64,000 bases of DNA from Eledone cirrhosa. Its lineage: Eukaryota. The stretch is from assembly GCA_964016885.1 (NCBI GenBank), contig OZ024747.1, positions 62,558,001 through 62,622,000 on the forward strand, given 5' to 3'. How positions within the stretch are numbered: position 1 is the stretch's first letter; every line of letters starts with the position of its first letter. Below the pieces are notes generated by a model. It saw nothing but the letters and a program-made list of their open reading frames with translations. It was not told where the DNA came from and did no database searches. The translations under genes and the position numbers were made by a program. Positions 52,975 to 64,000 of the stretch are shown here, in pieces.

Positions 52975-53548
52975 CTATAAAGTATATCCATAGAATCATT
53001 TGATAATATATATACACCATTTATAAGATTAAAAGGCACCTATGAAGAAATAGTAAATAAATAAACGATACCAATCTCTTCGCGGCCAACCGCCATAGAA
53101 TATTTACCCAACATTTCAACAGCACGTGGAAATCAATTAAATATACGGTCAACCATACACAATTAGGTATAAAATTAAAGTTAGAAATGCTTATATATAT
53201 GGTTATATATATAAATGCTTATAAAGTCAGGCGAACACTGCAACGGATGTTTGGCGGGAAATATAGACATATTATTTCAATCCATACACTTTTATTTTCG
53301 CGTATATATATATATATATACCGTTGTCTTATGAAGCACGCGAAAATAAAAGTGTATGGATTGAAATAATATGTCTATATTTCCCGCCAAACATCCGTTG
53401 CAGTGTTCGCCTAACTTTTTTTTACTTGTGTATATCAGTGAATCATAAACGAATATAACACATCAACCTTTATCTGGCTCGGCAACAAAATGTTTTCTGT
53501 TTAAATATATAGGCTGATGGTTAACACAATACTGCTCACAAACATATA

Positions 53549-53630
53549 TTGGGTCGATAAGTATGAAATTTGTAGAAATTTGGTTTTTTGTTTCTATAAA
53601 TTCCTACAAATTTCATACTTGACGACCCAA
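53549..53630. mobile_element. About 80-bp hairpin MITE with TA TSD
   Basis: TA|TTGGGTCG..AAGTATGAAATTTGTAG ... CTACAAATTTCATACTTGACGACCCAA|TA. Confidence 0.78.
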
Positions 53631-54149
53631 TACTTACCTATGTACAATAATACGTGGTTATGGTCGACCCGAAGATATCGTAAGAGATAAATCTATTCAA
53701 AGTGTTTGTCAAATTCGTGTTGTTACGAAGCTAACTTGTTAACCACACAACCATTTCTACATCTCAAGATTACAATACCTGTAAAGCGTAGTATTCTGAA
53801 CAATAGATAAATTTTGCATACTTATCTAATGTTCCACTTAAAGTCTTAATGTGTAGTTAAAAATGAGTGTCAGTGTATATAAATAAAGGCTACGAAATTA
53901 TAGTTTAACATATAATGTTCATTATCGTTAATATAATGGCTTTGAAACAATTGACAATATCATTAGCTCTGATAATAGCCTGAGAAACTATCACCATAAA
54001 CTACCATTTCTCTCCTGATGGGTTACTTAAACAGGATATGCTGAACATTATAAATAAGAAATGTGATAACTTAGCAGCAATATCCTATGTTAAAATCTAT
54101 GTCGCACCCAATTTCATTAAATCCATTTTATTGTAAGATACATTTGCAT

Positions 54150-54335
54150 GAAGGCCTTTAGCTTAATGGTAAGGCTGTTCGATTCTCAAACGCAAATATA
54201 ATTTCCGGTGGTGTCTTGTGTCTTTGAGTAAGGCAATTTATTTTACGTTCCTCCTGTCAATTCAGCTAACAAAAAAATAAGTTGCATCTGTAATTCAAAT
54301 AGCCACTCTTGTCACACAGTGTGTCAAGCAGAATT
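54150..54335 (+). mobile_element. SINE family B, diverged
   Basis: AGCTTAATGGTAAGG head, TGTGTCTTTGAGTAAGGCA..TTATTTTACGTT core. Confidence 0.6.
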
Positions 54336-54455
54336 CCCCTAAAAACAATTTTATTTCTGAAAAAAAAAAAATGAAAACAAAATAAAACGGGGCTTAACTC
54401 TGGTGTTCATCCCATTATTTCTTCTCCTCAAAAGCCTTAAAATATATATTTTAAT

Positions 54456-54610
54456 AATTGTTTCTACTTTTGGCACAAGCCCAGCAATACCCTTACCTTA
54501 CTGGTACTTTATTTTATCGACCCCATAAGGATGAAAGGCAAAGTTAATCTCGACGGGATTTGAATTCAGACCATAAAGGGCCGTAACTCTTTGCTGCAAA
54601 GCATGGCGTC
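54456..54610 (-). mobile_element. SINE family A, short form, 5'-truncated
   Basis: Consensus match. Confidence 0.88.
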
Positions 54611-55375
54611 AATAATAAGAAGATTACATTCATAACTTGACAGAACTTTCTCAGTTTCCCAGGGTACATGTATCTCTGGAATGCTTAGCCACTTGAAGGT
54701 TAATTTCACAAGCAGGATGTTCCGTTTGTCAAACAACTGGAACAATCCATGAAAATCTATTCATTTCACTGTGTCAAAGTGGACCTCTCCAAGAAACTAA
54801 GTGAAAGATACATGTGTCTATGAAATGTTTAACCATTTGCACGTTAATTTTACGAGCAGGCTGTATCGTTGGTTGAAAACCTAGGGTAATTATCGTTGCA
54901 AACGACGGAGATTCGACAACTACTGATGTTGATACATGACTATAACTTGAGATCAGAAGTCTTCAGCTGGCGTTCAACTGTCCTCAGGCGTTTCCATCCT
55001 GAACTATAATATCTTCGATTTGACGAGTCGACAGTGATTGTCAGTCGCTGCCAATCTTCTCTTAGCTTTCAGCTGAAATCCTTTCGAATTTACTGTGATT
55101 CTGATTACAACAGATAATACTTTATAGCCAAAGATGATATTGGAAATAGATTTAAATCAGAAAAAATAACAACAATTATTGCACCATCAGCAACCATGTC
55201 ACTGACACCAAGAAATAACGGAAAGCTGAATATAAGAGCGTGCGTGCATGCGCGTGTTTAAGGACGAAAATGGATCTTACACGATATAATTGCTTTATAT
55301 TCAGCATACGGTCTCAAATCATGTCATTTACCAAACATGTAAATCTTTGAAATTAATTATTTAAAAATCCCCCAT

Positions 55376-55593
55376 GGTGGGTGGATTGGCAGAATCGTTA
55401 GAGCGTTGAAAACCCTGCTTTGGGTCAGAGTTACGGCTCTTTACATTGCGAGTTCAAATCTCACCTAGGTTAGCTTCACCTTTTATCCGTATGGGGTCGA
55501 TAAAATAAAGTACCAGTCACACACTGAGGTCGATTTAATCGACTTTCCCCACCCCAGGTTTGCTAGACTTGTGCCTAAATCAGAAATCACTAT
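55376..55593 (+). mobile_element. SINE family A, long form
   Basis: Consensus match. Confidence 0.88.
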
Positions 55594-55836
55594 TAAAAAA
55601 ACCCATAAAAACGTTTATTGTATGTAGTTTGATATTAATGTAATTTTTTTATACTCACTTCGTAAATTAGTGGGGTGTAATCAAATGAAAAACTGTTACT
55701 TATTTTACAAATCCTGTAGAAATACGTTCAAACCTTAACAAGGTCAGTTTTGCCTTTCGTCCATTCAAGATCGATAAAGAACACCCACTTTTACTTTCTC
55801 TGAATAAAATCAGCTGTGTTCAGCCCTGGTGATGTA

Positions 55837-56005
55837 CCGTATTTCCCGGCGCCGAAGGCGCTTCGTCCTCGAAGACGCACTCTAATTTTGACAACTAAAA
55901 ATTTGAAAAAAGATAATAAATAACCTTCGGCCTCCAGGACGCATGGTAGATTTTTTTAGACTTATTTTAGGAAAAAAGTAGCCTCTTCAACGCCGGGAAA
56001 TACGG
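55837..56005. mobile_element. Pogo/Tigger-like MITE
   Basis: TIR CCGTATTTCCCGGCG ... CGCCGGGAAATACGG, TA on the left flank. Confidence 0.78.
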
Positions 56006-56196
56006 TGTGTCATGACCGCATCCATACGACTTTATCAGGTGTTAAGGGTTCAATGACATGGAGAAATACAATGAAAACTAAACCTAACATTATCAAAACC
56101 CAGGAGTATTGAAGAAGGACGCTAAATTCAACAAGCCATTTAATATGGCTTCCTACGATTTTTGCTACTCCAACGTGTTTTATTGTATAATGTTGA

Positions 56197-56400
56197 GGGC
56201 GGTGGGTTGACAGTATCGATAGAGCGTTGGACAACATGCTTTTTAGCATAGAGTTACGTGCCTTTACGTTCTGTGTTCAAATCCCACCAAGTTAGATTTG
56301 CCTTTTATCCTTACGGGGGTCGATAAAATAAAATACCAGTAACGCACTGGGGTCGATTTAATCGATTTTTCACTCCCCAAAATTGTTGGCCTTGAGCCAT
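56197..56400 (+). mobile_element. SINE family A, long form
   Basis: Consensus match. Confidence 0.88.
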
Positions 56401-57389
56401 AATTTTATAATGCGGAAATGAAGAAATAAATACATTATTGTAAGCAATCCTTAAAATAAAGATCTCTGAAAGGAAAAGCAATTTCTATGAAACGAGAATT
56501 CAATAACATAAGGACTAAAAACTAATGAATTGTGAAATTTTCTTAACGTGGAGATAGTATAGAATTTCATTTCAAAGAAAATACAGTAATTCTAGTCTTG
56601 TTCTAACACCCAGGTGTTTGGGAACTTCAGTATAATATTGGTAATAGTATTACGCCGTATAACTTTGAGCTTATCTCACGGAACTAATGAGACTGATGCG
56701 CAGCTGGAGAATTCAATTTCCTAAAATTTAATGAGTATTTCAATTTTGTTTTATTATGGAAGAATGATCTTCAAAATATACTATAAAAGAAGCATTTATT
56801 CTACGAACGTTTTGATGTTCAAAGAAAAGAAAACGTACGTAGATCGTGAATATTGGAGAAAATAAAGTTTAGAGTTCTTATCTATCCCCTTAAAAGTTCT
56901 CAGACAAATGAAATATTTGACAAATAATTTGAAAGACAATATGTCTACATCGGAATAAAGTTTGACTTTGTTATCACTAATTCCTTTTTGACAATGGATA
57001 TTACGTGTTTGCGATTTCTATATATGTTTATGTTTATTTTATTGGTTTTGTAATTGTGCACACAAACTTAAATATTTCACGTGGATCAATCCCATAGCTT
57101 ACTCGTCGTTGTCGTGGCTGTTCAGTATACAACAGATGCGTGGTTCGATTCTCGTATGTGGTTCTTTCGTCTTTGTTTTCTTTAAAGCCATCTACTCAAC
57201 AAAAACTCTTAGTGCAACAACTATTTCGCTAACCCAAACTATTTCCTAAAGCCTACCTATGTCTTAATACAACTGTAATTAATCTATTTTCTGTATGAAC
57301 GTTTTCGTTGTGTATTGTAAAAGTTGTTTGTATATAAAAACAAAACATTAGGTGCATCTTCAAATCTTGTTTATTATTTTCCCTATATA

Positions 57390-57612
57390 GGTAGGTGGAT
57401 TAGCAGTATCGGTAGAGAGTCGGACACCATGCTTTGCAGCATAGAGTTACGGCCCTTTATGATCTGAGTTCAAATACCGCCGAGGTTAGCTTTGTCTTTA
57501 ATCCTTACTGGGTCGATAAAATAAAGCACCAGTAATGCACTGAGGTCAATTTAATTGACTTCCCCCTACCCTCAAAATTGCTGGCCTTGTGCCTATAATA
57601 GAAACCATTATT
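57390..57612 (+). mobile_element. SINE family A, long form
   Basis: Consensus match. Confidence 0.9.
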
Positions 57613-57736
57613 ACCATCGACATCGTCATCAACAACCTTATCGCCACCGTTTTCTTCATTCCGATCATATTCCACATCCTCCGCTTCCGCTTCCTCCTCT
57701 TTCCTATAATAGAAATCATTATTTTCCCTATATATA

Positions 57737-57958
57737 GGGCGGTGGATTGGCAGTATCGGTAGAGAGTCGGACGCCATGCTTTGCAGCATAGAGTTACGGC
57801 CCTTTATGATCTGAGTTCAAATCCCGCCAAGGTTAACTTTGCCTTTCATCCTTACAGGGTCGATAAAATAAAGTACCAGTTACGTACTGGGGTCAATTTA
57901 ATCGACTTTCCCCTTCCCCCAAAATTGTTGGCCTTGTGCCTATATAAGAAACCATTAT
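57737..57958 (+). mobile_element. SINE family A, long form
   Basis: Consensus match; flanks ATTATTTT(C/T)CCTATATATA. Confidence 0.92.
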
Positions 57959-59140
57959 TTTTCCTATATATAAAGCAGCTATATCTATATATGGATGTAA
58001 TTGTATGTGCATGTGTGAAAAATGTTCTATTCATCACATTTAAAGAAAATTTAATAGCAAAGAATGTTTACATGACAATATGAAGAATGTAGTTCGAAGT
58101 ATCATTATACTTATAATACATTATGTAATATGATTCTATATGAAATCGTATGTAGTTAAAGCAACACAATATACTACTATTGTTGGAAAGGGTATCTTAT
58201 CAACATAACCATTTATTAATGTTGCATTGGTAACATCATAGCAAGAAGACAATGTAGTGTAACTATTGAATTCAGCCTGTATATAAAATCTTTCAATATC
58301 AGAAAATAAAGTTGGATCATCGAAATTAAACTTTACAATCTTCTCGTGTTCTATGAAACATTTGATAGACGTTAATTGTCTTGACAACATGCCAATAAAT
58401 GTTTGAAAATCCTCGCCTCAACCTTCTCTATTTACCTGACAGTATTGCAATGATATTGCATCCAACGAAATCTATTTTGCCAAGAGAAAATTTGAGAATG
58501 TAAAATAAAAAAGAAACTGTTCTATAAACGACTAAGGCAGATCTCAGCTGGATAGAGATAGCTTTAATAACGATCTACTTTGTTTTAAGTATATTTTCCA
58601 TTGGAGCTAAAATTATCTGGATGCTTCTATTTCAGAAGTTAGAATAAAAGTATGTCTCTCTCTCTCTAAATGGTAATTCGAGGAATAGGTTCCATCTTAC
58701 AATTGAGAATTCGAGATGTTTTCCTGAGTTAACAGCTTTCAGGTGCAAACTGAAAAATTCTATTAACTTCTGGATTCGTATCACCTGAATTTCTATAAAC
58801 TACAATTCTTTACGGATTTCCGTTTGCACAAGGTAAATACATAAGACTAATTTACAACGTACACCTGCTATTCCGCTGAACTCGGTTATAATTATAATAC
58901 AATTCTCTAACAGAATTTAAAAGAAAGAGTCTTAAATACTATAACATAAAGAACGCGAGTGTTCATTTAACAATCATCTTGGGGACATATAAATATCCAA
59001 TACTGTCGTTTCTAAAGAGAACTCAACCATCGCTTCATAAGCCATTATAATAATTGCACAGAAATAGATAAACCTAGAGCAACCTATTGTTTCAGTTTGG
59101 AATAATCTTAAACTGCTTGAATTATATAAAAGATAAGCGA

Positions 59141-59275
59141 TAGGCGGCGAATTGGCAGAGTCATTAAAGATTCGGATTAAATGCCTCACTGTATTTGATC
59201 TGACATTTTATGATCGGTATTTAAATCCCACAGAGGCACAATTTGCATTTTATTGTTTCGGTGTTGATAAATAAA
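59141..59275 (+). mobile_element. SINE family A, old diverged copy
   Basis: GGCGGCGAATTGGCAGAGTC head, TTAAATCCCACAGAGG. Confidence 0.65.
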
Positions 59276-59689
59276 TTATTCATAGTAATGACTTAAAACA
59301 GATTTTCTAATAATCGGTTAGGAATCATCAAATAACATGTCTTGAGTTCAAGTCCCATCGTGGTCTAAGGATTTAAGGATAATACTCTTGGAAGACTTTA
59401 GAGTGGGTCATACCGTTTTATTCGTATTAATACCTAAAACAGATTTTCTAATAATCGGCTAGGAATCATCAGTTAAGATGTCTTGAGTTCAAGTCCCATG
59501 GTGGTCTAAGGATTTGAGGATAATTCTCTTCCACCAGTCTTGGAGGCCCTTAGAGAGGGTCATAAGCATTGTCTTTCCTCCGGATTAAGTGAATAAAAGT
59601 AACGTTTCTTAACCATTGAAAGTTATTATGTCGGAGCTTATCCCCGTTCAATATGGCATTAAACTACTGCCAGTGAAAAAAACAACAAC

Positions 59690-59826
59690 GCTCATTTTCA
59701 GCCGAGTAGAGAAGAACGTGGGAAATAAAATGCCTTGCTCAAGGAAATTGTGCACCGTCTAGTCCTGAGATTAGAATTATGACACTTATGACATAAAACT
59801 AACACCCTAACTACTAGACCACGTGC
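59690..59826 (-). mobile_element. SINE family B
   Basis: Similar to 14790-14936 (GAAATAAAATGCCTTGCTCAAGGA...CTAACTACTAGACCACG). Confidence 0.6.
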
Positions 59827-59891
59827 TTTCACTGTGGGAAAGATAGCCCTGCTCGATTAGAAATGATTTAGATCCAAACAACAACAACGGT

Positions 59892-59921
59892 AACTACTAC
59901 TACTACTACTACTACTGCTGT

Positions 59922-59964
<43 letters not shown>

Positions 59965-59989
59965 GCTACTACTACTACTACTACTACTG

Positions 59990-60067
<78 letters not shown>

Positions 60068-60068
60068 T
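59892..60068. repeat. (CTA)n microsatellite
   Basis: Direct reading. Confidence 0.97.
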
Positions 60069-60368
60069 CTTCAGTATGCCTCAGAACCATCTCATGTTTC
60101 AGAACCATACCGAGTGAACTAAACTAAACAGTAACACAACTGATCACGATTCTCTACGTGAGAAAGCCATTGTCTTGACAAGCAATGGAGGAAAAACTGT
60201 GACACGTTTGACTTTCGGAATGGCGTAACTCACGAAAAAGTATTTTGAATTTTCATAATCGAGTGGGACGCGATAGATGAGTCATATCTCATGAAGCCGG
60301 CAGCTCAAAAAAAGATCTCCATGTCTGGCTGGCTTAGACTAAACAGCTAAACGTTATTTCATCTCACT

Positions 60369-60603
60369 AGGTGGATTGGCAGTATCGATAGAGCATGGGA
60401 CAACATGCTTCGTACCATAGAGTTACGGCCCTTTACGTTCTGAGTTCAAATCCTGCCGAGGTAAGCTTAACCTTTCATCCTTACGGAGTCGATAAAACAA
60501 AGCACCAGTTTAATAAAATAAAGCACCAGGATTGGCGTCGATTTAATCAACTTTCCTCTCCTTTTTAAATTGCTGGCCTTGTGCCTAAAGTAGAAACAAT
60601 TAT
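60369..60603 (+). mobile_element. SINE family A, long form with small internal duplication
   Basis: Consensus match; ATAAAA(C/T)AAAGCACCAG occurs twice. Confidence 0.88.
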
Positions 60604-61157
60604 TTCTTCTCTTTCTCTCTCTCTGTCTCTCTCTCTCTCCCTCCTCAAAACAACTGTCTGGAATAAAGGGCCACAATTTAGAACATCTCGCTCCTCCAGA
60701 AATCCTCTATGGACATCCAAACAACCGCCATGACTAAACAGAAATATATCCGGTCATCTTTCTCTCTCCCAGAAACCAACTTAGTGAACATTTCAACTGA
60801 AAATCAATAACGTCAGATAATAAAGAATTGAATTGAAACATTAAGATATCAATCGGTTGTTCAAGAATAGAATACTGTTTGCTGATTAACACGCACATAA
60901 ACACATATACACAAACACATACACACACACAAACAAACTCGCATATACACGCAAATATAAACATATACAATTATATATGTCTACATATATACAAAACATA
61001 TATATGCATATCGATGCATGCATATATATATACATATATATGTATACATACATATATATATATACATACATATATATATATATACATACATATATATATA
61101 TACATACATATATATATACATATATATATACATATACATACATATATATATATACAT

Positions 61158-61188
<31 letters not shown>

Positions 61189-61213
61189 CATACATATATA
61201 TATATATATATAC

Positions 61214-61264
<51 letters not shown>

Positions 61265-61281
61265 CATATATATACATATAC

Positions 61282-61892
61282 ATGGTGGCTGCCAACTCGT
61301 TTTCGAGTACGGCCACTACTTTATATCCATGTAGGAGAACCCCTACCGATGCGTTGAACGAGTGTGACTCTTTAGTCCAGCCAGCGACTTGAAAACTCTG
61401 GTACAAAGACTACACTTATGGCAATTATTGACATATAGTGCTGGGCCCATGGTACCATGTGACGACAAGTGCAGAGAGATCTCTAGATATAAAGCAATGC
61501 CTGTGCCGTGAAGCTTTTATAGTGAGCAAAGGCACTGCACAAAGCCAGTCCCACTCTCTTAACCAAGATGATATTTACCAAAAAGAAGAACAAGTCAACA
61601 TCATTGGATACCATCAAGGATGCAGGTGTTATATCAGAGTTTTCCTCCTCCTAGAATTCTGCCTTGACAAAGGCTAAGGGGTCATCTCTCCCGGTGATTT
61701 TGGATGGCCATTGACTCTTAAGAGCTTCTTTGCCCTTTTGACAGGTTTTGTTTTTAGTCCTGCAGGATGTCCAAAGTCACCCTCCTCACCAAGAAACCTT
61801 GGTGGGGTTGCCAGTTTAGTCGCCAACGACCCGACCATGAGACAGGTTGTATTGGGATACATGTTACCGTAGCACCAACTGGTGACCTGACA
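61282..61892 (-). mobile_element. Non-autonomous RTE-derived element (type 1), full length
   Basis: Colinear with 27507-28117, same termini; embedded in (TACA/TA)n. Confidence 0.85.
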
Positions 61893-61949
61893 TATACATA
61901 TACATATACATACATATATATATATACATACATATATATATATACATAC

Positions 61950-62010
<61 letters not shown>

Positions 62011-62045
62011 CATATATATATATATACATACATATATATATATAC

Positions 62046-62076
<31 letters not shown>

Positions 62077-62108
62077 CATATACATATATATACATATATA
62101 CACATATA

Positions 62109-62150
<42 letters not shown>

Positions 62151-62275
62151 TATATGCATACATATATATATATACACATATATATATATATTTATATATA
62201 TATATACACACACATATATATACGCACACATATATATACACACATATATATATACATACACACACACATATATAT

Positions 62276-63232
62276 ACTAGACATGAAAAATGCGCAAGCT
62301 CAAAAGTGCCACAGAATGTTATAATAAACCTTCAAAAGTGTGGGACTAGAGTTGTTGCTAAAAAATATTGTAATCATTATATATCGTACATTCTGTGGCA
62401 TCCTTTATAAAAATAGCTTAAACCAACGAAGCCTTTATTTTTACGCTATTTCACTTAGTTAATTCTTAGAGTGTAACATATAAAAATATGATTTACAACT
62501 ATAAAATAAATTAATTAATATAATAACAGAGCTGCGGAGCTGAAATTTAGGAAATAATGGAATATCGGATCCTGAGTTGGAGCCAGTCAATTTTTGGCCG
62601 ACTCCGCAGCCCTGTATAATACATTTCATATTAAAGTTATTAATAAACCTATTTTACACTGCATGCAAATTACCCTGAGATATTGATATTAGATATAAGA
62701 TACAGCGCAATATCTACAGCTGTAAAAGTACGAAAGCGAAGTAATAATAAGTGGCTTAAGGTAATTCCAATATGAAAGTTTGTAGTGATAAAAATTTGAT
62801 AATGCAATACGATTGTTAATATTATAGTTCTATGAAAATGTAACAATAGATAACTAAATTATTTTACTATTAGTATATTTAAGAAATTATCATTATAGAT
62901 TTGATCGTTCATATAAGCATCATATTAATTTTCAACACAATTATTTTGTTACTATGAGTATATGATAATAATATTACGTAATTATTTATAGCTGTTATTA
63001 CATTAAACATAGATGTATTTATTTTTATATGTTACACTCTAAGAATTAACTAAGTGAAATAGCGTAAAAATAAAGGCTTCGTTGGTTTAAGCTATTTTTA
63101 TAAAGGATGCCACAGAATGTACGATATATAATGATTACAATATTTTTTAGCAACAACTCTAGTCCCACACTTTTGAAGGTTTATTATAACATTCTGTGGC
63201 ACTTTTGAGCTTGCGCATTTTTCATGTCTAGT
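62276..63232. repeat. Long inverted repeat: 213-bp arms (62276-62488, 63020-63232) with about 530-bp spacer
   Basis: Arms appear identical by eye; ends ACTAG...CTAGT. Confidence 0.9.
62527..62614. mobile_element. Small hAT-like MITE
   Basis: TIR CAG(A/G)GCTGCGGAG ... CTCCGCAGCCCTG; 8-bp flanks TATAATAA/TATAATAC. Confidence 0.7.
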
Positions 63233-63789
63233 TTAATATTTTTTTAAGGCAACGCTTGTAATAACTCTAGTTAAACAGGATATATATTAATAATAAATTA
63301 TCGTTGTAATGTAATTAGATTATGTAATTGTTATTATAAATTATCTTATAAATATTAGTGTAAGATGTATAAAAATATTTTCAGACTTTTAATATAAACA
63401 ACTACAAAAAACAATCAATATTATATCAATATATTATACATAATAGAAAACATAAAATAAACAATACAAAAACAAAATATTTACATACAATTGCAATTAT
63501 CAGTGTATATACATTTTCTTTATATTCCCTGAGCAAATTAATAAGATTTGTTTTTATTGTACATAATTTGATGACTTGTTGGAGTGTATTAAAAGATAGC
63601 AACAATTTGTGATTAAATTGTTATCTTAAGCAACTCACTTTTTAATAGTTGTTGGCTGAGCGAAATTGTAAAAGCCTATGAGCAAATATAAAAAAAAATA
63701 CACAAACAACATTTCCTTGTGTTATTACAACATTAGATAAAATAATTGAGCAATGTCGTTATATTTTGCTCTTATTGCACATTAATAGT

Positions 63790-63955
63790 GTTTCTATTTT
63801 TCGGCACAAATCCATTACGGCAGTCCATTACTGGTACTTTATTTTATCGAATTAGTAAGTATGAAAGTCGAAGTTAACCTCGGCAGGATTTGAACTTAGA
63901 ATGCAAAGGACCATAACAATACTGCAAAGCATGGTGTCTGACGCTCTACCAATAC
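63790..63955 (-). mobile_element. SINE family A, short form, diverged
   Basis: Consensus match. Confidence 0.82.
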
Positions 63956-64000
63956 TTGTGTTGAGCTGGTCATTAATTTATGGTGGTCGTGCGTGGAGTA

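Noticed and set aside
57085-57170. tRNA-like GGTTCGATTCTC segment
   Set aside because: No cloverleaf could be built; at most a degenerate SINE head
59430-59478. Minus-strand CTGATGA...GAAA
   Set aside because: Stems II and III unpaired; the core is absent in the adjacent duplicate

Overview
Repeat-dominated, AT-rich animal genomic DNA. The SINE families and microsatellite load suggest a coleoid cephalopod, probably Octopus (inference). No host protein-coding gene can be supported, and almost all ORF-track entries are translations of simple repeats. The window holds several satellites (25-bp, 81-bp, 99-bp and a 3.6-kb polypyrimidine array) and about 20 tRNA-derived SINE copies. It also holds three R4/Dong-like RLE-LINE fragments ending in (CATA)n, three stacked Tx1-like LINE 3' fragments in (GATA)n, bipartite non-autonomous RTE derivatives, a non-autonomous Helitron, several MITEs and a 200-N gap. 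The most striking signal is absent from the ORF track: at least 12 minimal type-I hammerhead ribozyme motifs (stem I-CUGANGA-stem II-GAAA-palindromic stem III-UH-stem I). They come from at least 6 unrelated sequence families. Each sits in a 100-550 bp island between (TA)n runs, often as a fold-back palindrome with a ribozyme on both strands. This resembles Penelope-like element (PLE) pLTRs/retrozymes, but no PLE ORF is present here. All calls were made by eye and coordinates are approximate to a few bases.
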